64,000 bases of DNA, from positions 1,426,001-1,490,000 of the forward strand of contig JAYWIR010000043.1 in the NCBI GenBank assembly GCA_036172245.1. The letters are read 5' to 3'. Both the position numbers and the translations under genes were made by a program. Below the pieces are notes generated by a model. The model did not search any database, was not told the origin of the DNA, and saw only the letters and a list, made by a program, of their open reading frames with translations. Origin of the DNA: Raillietiella orientalis (Eukaryota). Numbering within the stretch: the stretch's first letter is position 1; each line of letters starts with the position of its first letter. Below are positions 37,593-49,508 of the stretch, piece after piece.

Positions 37593-38819
37593 TTGTCCCA
37601 GGAGAGAAGCGCAGGACGGCGAGGTCTACATAAGTTTCACCTGTTCATCTGCGTACTCCTCACCCGTAGATACAGAGATGAGCGCTTGCATGCCTTCCTT
37701 ACATTACGGTCTCGAATTTTGCACGGAATTCCGAATCTCTTTTTTCCCTTTTGAGAAGGAGGAGGAGTTTGCAGTGCAATTAGAACAGAATCCAATGCTG
37801 GACCGGAACGAAACTACATCAGCATCTTTTTTCCGTATCAGGTGACAGCAGTTGGTGAAAAGACTGCACGAAACTATCCAAGAGGACAAAAGTAAATCGA
37901 GTCCAGCGTCTTTTTTTCGTATCATATTAACTTTCCGTTGACACGGCGATGCTGGCACATCACTGTATCAACTAATTTTGCCGAAGCAAAGGCCGCCAAT
38001 CCGAAGGTCACGCTCTCTGTCTACAAGTGGTTGAGGGACGGTTTGCATTCAAACTTCGACCGTTGAAAGACTTTGATTGAAAAGTAAATCAAATTAATGT
38101 TAATGGATGCAAGTGTACCATTTCGTACATGAATTTACTGATTCCTGTCCATGTGATCCTCCTGAGAAAAAATCTGCGCTGAAAAAGTGTCCAATTGTAC
38201 AATTTACCGCTGTGGATTTGTATCAACACGAGACTGCTCATTGAGATTTGCCAGGCTTTTGGCCACCCGTGCAGTTAATTATAAAATCACGAAGTTAATG
38301 GAGCAGCCATTCTGTGGGTTGCTTTGGAAACCATCCAGCAGCTGCAAAATGTTGGTTTGCGAGTCGTTCGCCTAATCATAAGTCGAAGCAGCATCTCTGA
38401 GCAGGGTCATTTTTCCTCTTTTCGAGCTTAGGTTGCATCTGCTTATAACCGGAGCCTAAGGCAGACTAACACAGGGATCGCACACACTTGTTGCCAGGAG
38501 TCGCTCTTCTCCGAGAATGAGGGATTCTCATACTGGATTCAGGGTCAGCCTCTGCATTTCTGACCTGGAATTTTTGCACGCTAAAACATCCGGATTCTTT
38601 ACAATGTTCTGACACAGTTCTAAGCAGAGAGTTTCGGCTTGAATGGAAGTCGCTGACCGCACCCTGACTGATCTGTGCTAATCAATTGCCAGTCACCACT
38701 TCCTGGTTAACCGCTGTCAGCGGTTTGCGTTCATCTGCTTCGCACACCCTTTCTCGCACGCAGAGCTGCATCTACTGGGGGATAGGGAGCCAAAAAAAAA
38801 AAAGGGACTACTTTCGTTC

Positions 38820-39300
38820 CGCCTTTATTCATTCTCACATACACAAGAAGACGATGATACGTGAAACATCGATCCAAAGTCTTTTTCAGAACTTGAAGAA
38901 TCCAGTAATGTCCTGTAATGCATCCCTAATATCCACTCTCTGCATCCAGAAACGTTTTGCTTGTTGGATAAACAGACTTCGTTCCCCATTACAGTCACCA
39001 ATTCCACGGATGGAATATTCAACCACAATTGCAGAGGATGAAGGTTGACGATGAATGAAAATGACTTCTTCCACTTCTGTTATCAAATTACGCCGGTAAA
39101 GATCCAATCAGTTTGCCCGCAGCTCGTGGACAGCTCCAGATCTCTTTTCCTATATTCCAGAGATGTGATCGCAGCCCACACGGATATGCCTACCCTTTCG
39201 CTCGCCCCGAAGTGTAAGTGGATTTCCTTCGAGGCTGTGGCCACCGTCCCAAGCCAATTCAAAATCGGCTTGCATTCTTTTAGTCTTCCGATAACTCCAT
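38820..39300 (-). pseudogene. LRR gene remnant
   Basis: LDLYRRNLITEVEEVIF and neighbouring LxxLxLxxN-like pieces, ending in CVCEN (LRR-CT-like). Confidence 0.4.
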
Positions 39301-39559
39301 CATTTTCTCGGTTGAGATGGCTTTTCCTCATCATTCGAGTTCTTATATCCTGGTTCATTTCTGCAGACGACTGATCAAGCTAAATTTTCCAAGGGGAGCG
39401 CAAAAATTCTTTGCCTTTTTTTTCCTCCATTACATTCCAAATCGATTCATAGCAGTTGGCGCCATCCTCGTCATCCAATTTCACTTTCATAATGCAGAGG
39501 TCTCCAGCTAAGATCACTTAATTCTCGATCATTTCCTTCCTTGGTAACGGCGTCGAGCG

Positions 39560-42500
39560 TCTTTGTCAGCTCACGATGGATTGAACATCGATTTTCCTCT
39601 ATTAAGAATTCACCCTTCCCATACTTTCTCCTTTCCAACGCACAACTGATCTCCAGATTCAGGAAACGCGCGCTTCTGCCTCGGAGAACGGGGCGATGCC
39701 AACCCTATTTTTTTTTTCCCCTAGAGTCCAGCCTGATGGACTCAATGGACGATCTCGAAACTTTCTCCAATTGGATCTCCTCAAAGGTCCCACAGTCACG
39801 TTTCTCTTGGATGCGGCTCCGGGAGAGGCAGGAAGCAAGCTTCAAAGTTCCAGGAAAAGTTCAAAGTAAACCATCATGCAGACAAGTCTTCAGAAGAGAC
39901 GTAAAAAAAGACGACGAATACAAATGCATCAATTACACTGCATCATCATGCACATGGGAGCTTTTAACGTGCCGGACTCACTTTCGATGGACCATGAGAG
40001 TAAAAGCCGACAATCAGAGCAAGATGAAGGGAATCGATGCAGTGGAATGGGCATTCGATAGCTCCACTTCCAGCCTACACATTCCCTGAGGCAAGCAGAC
40101 TCACCTTCGTCTGGGTGCTTCTCTGAATGCCACGCCTCGCGCTGGACCACATCTTCCATCAAATGTCTTCCGTCCCGCAAACAGTGTTTGAGGTTTGGCC
40201 ATCAGCCGCGCGTTCACGCAGCGCAGCACAGCCTGACACTCATCCAGAAGTCCTCGTCCACGCAGCTTCTTCAGCGAAAGGAATTGCGCGTTAGAATGGG
40301 GACCGCTCGTAAGGATAATAAGGACTCCTTTCCAGTAAAGACCTGGCCAATACAACACTGAGGGAGGAAAGCTGCGGCAGCATCTATAAGGCTCGTTCGG
40401 AAGTTCCCGCTTGCGAAAGGGAAAAGAAAGAAACCATGGAGGTGGCACGTCACATCTGGAGAGTGGTCCCTTGCTGGATGTAGAAGCATGTCTTGAAACG
40501 GAAGGTTCGATCTTTCCTGAGGCGGAGCCTCGGAGGCGCTCGAGAGCGGAATGCCTGCGGATGAGCGGCAATTCGCGCCTTTTGGCATATTTCGCCATGG
40601 CACCACCCGCCCATCCCAATTTCGGCTGCATCCACACAGATCGACCAAAGCCTCATCGCACGTCGCAGCGGAGCATTCCGAAAAAGGGAGGCCACGTCCT
40701 GCGTTGGACCACTTCGTTCACCCGGATGCTTCCCGTTCCGTAGAGGATGTTGATCCACGCGGCGCAGCTCAGCCTACTGCTCGTGTGGGCATTTCCGGTG
40801 GGGAGCGGCGTGGATCGGGTGCGTGGCGCAGGAGGAGTCCCTGCAGCGCATCGAACCAACTGCTCGTCGCCTGCGGGCGAGGCGACTTGGTCTCCCGGAC
40901 CAGGAGGCCACACGGCAACATCGGCAGAGCTGGCAGCCTCCAGCCAGCCGTCCGCCGTCCGGCATCAACTCGACGCTCTGACGCGGCTTTGTGGCTCAGG
41001 TCAAGGGGCGAGCCATCGAACTTGACGCCCTCCACGCTTCCGGAGAACGGACGACGGTTCCGGGAGGACCAAGAAAACGGAAAGGGAACCAATAGCAGGA
41101 CGTGGGCTTGCGAGGAGTCGGAGCTCTTTGGAGAGTGTGCCTCGTCGTGGGGTCCCTGGAGCCTGGGCCTGAAAGAGATGAAGATGTCTCAGAGTGGAGC
41201 GAGAAAGACATCGAACGCACCCCCGCAGCATATTCTGGAAGCATCGTTTGAGCCACCGGCCCTGATGGGCATCCTCTCACAGCCGCCGACTCGTGCACAG
41301 GATTGAGTGGCGATGGGATGACCTTCAGCAGCGTCATAAGAAGTTGTCCTATGCAACCGAGCGTGAAGAAGAAGAGCACAGCTGGACGCGCATCCAGACG
41401 AGGACTAGTTTGCCGCTTTCCAGCAGGCAGAAGATCTTCTTATTGGAGTCGTCTGACCTCTCCTCACGGTTCGGATCGAGAGCATCCCGGGATGAGCATC
41501 GCCGGGAATCCTGAAGAAGCCGAAGCGAAAGCTCCGCAGAATGTCGTTTCTTGAACGATCCGACCCGTATCATGGAAACGCAACTCAGGTCACGTTGGGA
41601 CGTAGAGCCGGAGGGAAGGAAACCTCTCGCTGCTCAAACTGCCCGAGATTCTTCTCCTTATGTGTGAGATTAGGGGAGAAGGGGCAACTTCCGACGGTTG
41701 CCGCAGTGGGGCTTCCCTTGTGAGAAGCCTGCGAGGACCTCGGAGGAAGGGGCACCCGAGAGTGCGCACGTGCAGCGTGTGTCGGTTCCTCTCCATCTCC
41801 GACACCTCCTCATCCAGAGGTCGCAACGTGAGTAGCAGCTCCCGAGAGAAGGAAAATAATGAAGAAAATCTTCGGATTTCGGATGCTGGGATATCACGGT
41901 CGTAGGAGGTTACCAGAATTGGAACTTGAATTGGTGCTGTGTGGTCCCAGGGACAGAAGGGGTAGGGCGCTGAGATTCGAAAATGCATGGATTTTCCCTG
42001 CTCCTTGCCTATTCTCCTGCCTAGGGTAGGGTGAAGCGATGGGAGCAGTACCTGGACACGCCTGTCTTCCAGGAATCGTTCCTCAAGCCTTTCGAGGTGA
42101 GTCTGGACGAGACGGGGATTGGCAGGGAGGCGTAGGTGCCTTCGCCTCGAGATTACCCTAATGACATCACGTCCGAAGGGCTACCGGATCTGCGACAGAT
42201 CTACGTCCATGCCTGTGGTGCTCTTTAAGAGGCTGCACGCAAAAGGCATGCGTGCAAGGGAGGTCGTTAGGGTGTCCAGAGCTTGCTTAAAGAACGCATC
42301 TTCGGAGAGATGAGGTTCACCACCGCGGGCCACAACGAATACACATCCGAGCTGCAGCTTTGTCAAGTCTCCATGCCGGTTCGTCCTCATTGAAGAGAAA
42401 GGGGATGTCGGTGGCTATTACGGCGGTTGCGGGAGAGGGTGGAGAAGAGGAAAGAAAGAGGCGGTGGCCAAGAGAACGTAAGGAGAGAAAGGAAGCGACC

Positions 42501-43800
42501 GTAAAAAGAGCAGTAGCTTCCTCAGCAGGCGGCACGAGATCAAGACCAAGCAAGAAGCGATCCCGCTGGACAATCCTCCCGACGCGCTCGAGCGACGTGG
42601 TTCACGCACGCATCTGCGTCACTTCGCCCTCCCCGATCTGGAGTGTGCCATCGGAACCGAGTGAGCTTGACGTCGTCTAGGGAGAATTGCTCTCGATTGG
42701 TTTTCATTTAGGTAAGCCAAACGCTTTCCAGGAGAAAGCCCACACGAAGATCATCGGTGGATCCTCCTCTCATTTGCCGTGCAAGTGCATCTTAAGTGGC
42801 CCTCCTCTTCGTGAAACGGGTGAAGAGGAGCAGGGCACGATCTCTCGTGGGCCGAGAAGCAATGGTTCACAGGCAAAAGACTTGATCCGACGTCGTGCTC
42901 TTCATCTCCTGGAATCCTCCTTTGCTTATCCCGCTTCGGAGGCAGTTCACCTCAATTCTCCAAGACTTAGGCGGGTTGAACAGAGCCCAGCTGACTCTGC
43001 AGAGCTCGATGAGTGCTTTGCTTGATCTCACTTTCTCCGTCCCTGGAGCAACTCCATCTGCAGGTGACGACTGGCACCGTTGTGCTCCGACGTCTCGGCA
43101 GCCTGAGCTCTCGTCAAGCACACCGGTGATGTAGGAGGTTGCTGATGTTTTCGCTTTGCCTTTCTTGATTTCCAGAGATGGCGATCTCGGCCAGAACTCT
43201 AAAGCACTGTGTGCGTGACGTGAAGTTGATAGCCCTTGGACTTCCGCATTCCAAGGTGGAGACCAGAAACGGGCTCCACCTCCATCCCTCTTTTACGCGG
43301 AGGAGCCCAGATCACCTGGGAACAAGATCCTGTGGGTTCACATCATCATGAGGATTCGCTTTCCCAGGAAATTCCGTCTTGTCCCGTCCTAAAAGACAAG
43401 ATCAAAAACTGCGAGGGTGATAGACGTCCTCGACCTACTGGGAGAGGCTGAGGAGGATGGACCACCTCATGTCTGGTCCCGTCAGGTGGCTCCTCCTCTT
43501 CTCCTTGTCATCTACCATCTCAGGTCGCGAACAGCGAATCGGTTCCATCCGCGCATCCGCACTTACGAGTGGTGCATCCTCAGGAAGGTTCCGAGTGCGC
43601 TGGAAGAGACGTGAGAAATCGGAGAGCACGGATGAAAAACGATACAGGGAGGGGGTCTCTACCTGGTAGTCAGAGTGCACGGAGGATGCTCGTCAGACTG
43701 ACTGAGACCTTGACTTCCTATCCTTGGAGTCCACAGACCGCGTTCCTTCCAGTGTCCTTAAGAAACGGACTACCGGGTAAGCGGAAGGGCAGGATACTGT
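39560..43800 (-). mobile_element. Long, heavily decayed L1/Tx1-like LINE
   Basis: In order: SWRIEVNCLR and GFQEMK (APE N-terminus, ~42900-42970), DRFLL, WRLD (~42370), GAPSSEVL..QGKP linker, WINILYG..SIRVN (RT, ~40730) and post-RT segments. Confidence 0.65.
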
Positions 43801-46800
43801 GTTTGTTTTCGAAACTATGACAGAGCGAAAAATTTCGATCTGGGTAGCGAAGAGGAAGAGCAGTCGTGTCGCCCGTCGCTGATGCTCTCATTTCTCCTCT
43901 GCACCCAATCCTCTAAGCTGCATCTTATATAAGCGTCCACCACGCATTCGATGGGAAAAGGTTCGAGTGCTTCGTGGACTTCTCCAACCTCTGAAGTTTC
44001 TTGGAAGCATCTTCTTGAGCTCCGTGCCGCTGTCCCTCTCCCTCCCCAGATCGTTTGTTTTAATTTTCATGCCGCTTCCTGAAAAAAAATGGGGTTGCTC
44101 TATGTTATGTGGAAAGGATTTTAGGGATCGATCCCTCTCCCTCGAAGCCAGAAGCGAGAGAAATAATAAGACGTGGGAGCCGGAAGACAGTAAAAGTCCC
44201 TGGTTGACAGATTCTGTATACGTTCTTGATCTTGTTTTCGGACAGTCATCTGGATACTCTTTTCACCACTTTGTACCCTTCGAGCTCCCTTCGAAGATTC
44301 TCTTGGAATCATCCATCTTATGACTTTATGTATTCATCTTCGTTTAAGCCTATCAGACACTTTGCAAGAATTTGGAAGTTTCTCTTTCTGGTTTATAGAA
44401 AGGCCTTGATTTATTCATATCCATACATCTCTGTCCAGATGACGGAGACTGTTAGGCCATTCCCTCCTCCCCTTCAAAGGTGAAAAGTCTGCATCCGTTC
44501 CAAGAGGTGGCTCGCTCAGCCATCCCAGCACAGAGCAGCCAAGGACGAACTGGAGTCGAATGTGGGGGGAAACGCCACAAATGATCGCGCATCAATGCAT
44601 CAGCGCTCTGCTGATGACATCCGCATGTGCTGCTCCTTCCAAAGCGAGCGTCGTTCATTTTCAGTAGAAGTTTCGGAGCTCACGGAAATTCCACCGTTCC
44701 ATTGGCACCAGAAATCAAGCGGAAGGGGGGGAATCCACCATGCGGGGACAAGGGCGACGATTCCACGATGACGCCCAGGGCGCTGTTTCATTTTTCATTT
44801 TTTTCCACGAATTTTTTCTTGCAGACTTCATTTCAAACAGAGGAGAAGAGGGAATCCCTCCGGAGCTGCAGAAGTGGGACTGCGAGCGTATGGATACCGA
44901 ATCCTCGCAAAAGCAGAAACACGTTTTCCCACCTCAGCTGTTCAGATCTGTTCGGAGGTGATCGACTTCCTTCGGCTGCCCTTTCACTTCAGGCAGCCCT
45001 AAAGGCGAGCCCGTTGGTCCGTTGTGCTTGAGGATTCAGCAATGCAGCGATCAAAAGCAATGGGATCCAGAGGAACGCTCTTCCATATGCGGACACTTGC
45101 CTTGTCAAAGAGCATGCCGCCATTTTCTCTTCAGACACTGCCTTTTCGCAGCTTTGAGGACATTTTCCAATTCTGCCCAGTAATTCCTCCGGTTTCCAGA
45201 ACTCCTGATTTCAACATTTGGAAAATTCGGTAACTCGAATGGAACTGTCACAGACCGGGTATCTGTGAGGGCTTATGCTTTATGGTTTCCGGGTCTGTGC
45301 AGCCCCGTTCTTTGACTCGATCCAGAGGAACAGCGTTCCGTCAGAAAGGCCCACCGAACGTCCAAGAGGGACGAAGCCCTGCTCGCCTCTCGCTTGAGAA
45401 TTTAGGCGGAACGCTTTCCAATGTCGGACTCCTCAAGCATTTCTTTCAAGTGATAAAGCCCAAGTGGGTGGTCCTTTACAAATGTTCTCTGATACATTTA
45501 GACGAAAATTGGATGAAACTCTGCAACACCAAATTCTCCTGAGAACTTGAACGATGCTGTCTTAAAATTGTGAAAAGTGGTGCAAGTGCATTACTTTTCA
45601 CATGAATCTTCTTCGAAGGAAACTCTAGTGATGGCAGACATTCTGTTTGTGAGGAGACTGCAAGCCTGAGGGAAAGCTGCCACGAATGACCGAAAGCTTA
45701 GCAGATTTTCTCATTGCCCTTGGGCCATTCTGAAGACATCTATCAGGTGACACGCTGAGTTCTTTAACAGGCTTCTCTGTTCACTGCCCCCAATTTTTTT
45801 CATATTCATTTCTGACTTCACAAACTACCATGTTTTCTTTTGCCACAGGTTGCAGGCACTCTTTGACATTTCTCCAGCAAGGTCACAACTTCCTGAATGC
45901 TTCTTCTTCGTGCAATAAGGAATTTCCAGTTCTTCAGGATATTCGAGAATTCATTCTGGAAGAGGAAATTTTGGGGTTTTCAAATCGAAGATTCGTTTTT
46001 CGTGATGTCAATTCTTCCTGCCGTTACCGCAATTTTGTGGCACTCTCGAATGCGCAATTTACAAGGATGAAACGGAGCCAAAACGAGAGTGATTGCCTTC
46101 CGCTCTAAAAAGAGATTGAAATGCTTCCCGTTGTCAAAAGCAACGATCGCTACCGCGACTTTTTTTGCTCCATCTCTATGACTTCCGTGTACCTTCGTTC
46201 CAGCTCCAGCGAGGTGTCACCGGATGAGTGGACCGAATCCTGCGTCTCGACCAAGATGCTCCCGTAGCAACGGCCTGCAGTCTCATCGAATCCTTACGCC
46301 CTGTTTCCAAATCTCAAGTCACCCGCGTGCTGCAAGCGGATTCGGCGAATCCTTCCATTTTTACTGGCCAAGGAGTTCTGCAGCAGTGGTCCTTCTATCA
46401 GTTCCGTTCTGTGCTCTTGGTCGTGGCACATATGGAGCCCTTTCTCTTTCAGCTTACTGGTTGCTGAATGGGAACAGAAAGGACTCGGCCAACCTACACT
46501 TTGGGACTCGACTGCCCCTTCAAAGAAAAAAGAAGCAAGCAGACATTCCCTCATTCTCGGCTTACTCTTTTCGAGAGAGTTCGAGATTCCTGGTGGCAGC
46601 CATATTGCTATCCTTAGGCAAAAAGATTGAGGATTAATAAAATCGCAAAGGGGCGATTTCCTACTGCTTCTGCTGTTCCCTTGACGTGTCCAGGAGTCTC
46701 CGTGGCAGCTGTGCACGAGCACGCGTGTGGCGTGTTTTCTGTTGAGCTGAAGGCTTTGTGAAACACTTCCCACTGCTCGAACCCGACGTCTTTCATCCGG

Positions 46801-48739
46801 CACTCTTCTTGCAGGCCTGCTTGCAAGAGTTTCCGCGTCGGTCTAAAGGTGGACGGTTCCCTTCTGGGACAACACGGACACGTAGGGCTGCTCGCGGTTG
46901 TTCAGAGGATGCCCTATTCCATAGGCTCCCAAACTTATTTGGCCTACCGCCCCTTTTTCACGTGAAAAATTACTCAGCGCCCTTCCCCCTGAAAACGGAC
47001 CTCCTTTCAGTGAACAAACAGAAAGATGCAGTGACAAATTTGCGTTATTTTATGTATGTATGTTTCCATCTCCGTCCTACAGCATAGTAAGAAAGGATGC
47101 TGCTGCGAATAAAACTTAAATTTGTTGAAATCGGCCGCAGTAACATTCGGAAAGTTACACACGGAAAGTCAACGATAACGAAGGATAATATGAAAACAAA
47201 AATCACGAATAACATGAAAAATGACTCCAAAGAGAGGGATGAACGTGGTGTGCTGCTGTCCATTTGCTAATGTTCGGCTCCACACTTGTCAGCTCCATTC
47301 TAAAATCACCGCCACTCGTTGCTTGCAGTCGGCTCCCCTTTTTAGTTAACAGATTTGTGACTGAACTGAACCCACGGTGCATTAAATATGATGAAGGGAA
47401 TGCAGTCGAAAACTTTTGTACTGTATGGCATATACAAAATAGACATTTGTACGAACGATTTCTTAAAATCTTCTCATCTTCTTCTCTTTCTTTATTCTTC
47501 CACTACCTTCCCCCCCCCCCATTTTTATTCAACGCCCCCCCAGTTGCACCTGAGGGTACCATCGCCCCCTCCCTTCCCCGAATCGTTCCAGCGCCCACAG
47601 GGAACGGTATCGCCCACTTTGGGGTGCACTGTCCTCGCCGGTGCACCCATTATGTGTATCTGTTGCTGTTGAGCGTTGGGCGACACCATCACGATTGAAG
47701 TTCACATCAAGTGCGTAACCTCAGGCGCATTCAGGCTTGACTTTCGCTGATAGAAAATCGCCGGAACCAGGGAGAAATCGTGTCCTGCCTTGGATTACAG
47801 AGGAACTCGAGCCGCTTCCTCGCTTTGGATGAAAACAGACGATTTTCTCATTCGCTTCTTTGCACGTGACTTTCGCCTCGGCACCGGACCCGGCCTCCGG
47901 TCTGTTCCCCGAACGGGCTGATTCGAGGTCACCAACGTTTCAGGGCCTTCTCTGGGCGAAGGAGTCGGGAAAAGTAGGCAGAGCTACTTTCGGTGTGCCT
48001 CAGTTCAAGTTGCTTCGATCGTCAATGGCAACCGTCTTAAATGGGGGGGGGGGCCGTAGGTAGACACTCATTCTGTTAGTAATGTGTACGCTTGAGAAGT
48101 GCATCAGCTTGCCGAAGTGGGCCGCTTACGTCATTCTCATTAACCAATAATAATGCAAGCCTTCGAATGGACTTCATTTTTATTGTCTTTGGAATTTCTC
48201 GAAGGTTCTCTAAGGTGTCAGTGGGTGTTTTCGTGGGCAAACGCTCTCGCTCCAACAGCATCCCCTTGCAAAATTTAGAAACGCAATCCCGAGGAAAAAT
48301 TTAGAATCCCAAACGCATTCTCAGAATGCAACGCTTTGTATCGGTCAGATGTGAATCTTTCCAGGCCGATTCACTAATAGGTGTGACGATCACTTCCTCA
48401 TATGTAAGAAGATATTCGCTAATGTGATGTTCTTTTGAACGAATTCCCTGCTGAAAACCGAAAGAAACGAGACGGATGGCGATCTCAGGCTTGAATTCAG
48501 CCATCTACAAACTCACCTGCACGCGTGCATTAGCCCCAGGCGTTTGGCCAACCTATAATTTTTTTTTCTTATTGCATATGCTCTTTTTTTCTTGAGGTGT
48601 TTCTGTATCCATGGAGAAAGAGTATACCGTCTCAAAGAACAACACTACGATTACAGATATGCAATGCACCCGAAATCCATTTGATTTTGACACAGCCACT
48701 GCGGCTGGGGACTATGGACGGCTTCCACGGAAGGGATCG

Positions 48740-49508
48740 CCCGCCTCCCTGACCTGTTGTGCCACTCGTATCGGTCGGGTTTGCTCCGATGGTGGCTTTT
48801 TTGCAGCGAGGCCGGTCGCCCACCTCCGGGTCCAGTGGTTTTTCTTCCGGTTTCAAAGAGTCCAAATCTCTGGGAGGAAGGTAGCTCCCTGTTCGCCCCA
48901 GGATGTGTCCCCGCGCAATCAACTACCCTACTCGAGAGGGGCTCGGAAACATCGAAAGTGGGCCCCTCGAATCTCCACTCCCGCTCGGGCTGGCATCGGA
49001 TGGGGCACCCTTACGCGCTGGCTCCAGCAGGGTTCGGATGATTTATTGCTTGCCGTCCAGCTTGTTTCTTCGACCACAGAAGAGCACGCGCAGGAAGTAC
49101 ATCTCCTCCTTCTGGGAGCAGACATCTCCAGATCTGTACCATCTTCGTTTTCCCGCCATCTGTTTCCCTTGCCGGTGAGGAGGAAACGTCCGTTCGGAGC
49201 TCCCTCTGCCACTCTTCCGGCACCTGCGATGAAAATCCCATGGGACGTCCTCCTCGTCTTATTGAGATGCTCCAGTCGCCAGCGACCCCTGTCCTCCGTG
49301 CCGAAGTACTGGGATTTTCCCTCGGCCCGGGTGCCGGGGATTCGTGCCTTGAGGGAAAATTCGATGCTTCCAAGAAAACAGCATTTTACCAGGAGGAAGG
49401 GAGCAGCAGAGTTTGGGCAGGAGGAGAACCGCTCGCATCGTGCAAGACGTCGAGCGAAAGCCGCTGCTATCCCTGGGGCGAAGAAATGTCGAGTCTTCGA
49501 CATCCACC
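48740..49508 (+). mobile_element. LINE ORF2 fragment (RT C-terminal half to zinc finger), cut by a family B insertion
   Basis: ISGRKV, GLASDG..YISSFWE..CFP..GG, then SRCYPWGEEMSSLRH ending directly at the B poly(T). Confidence 0.6.
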
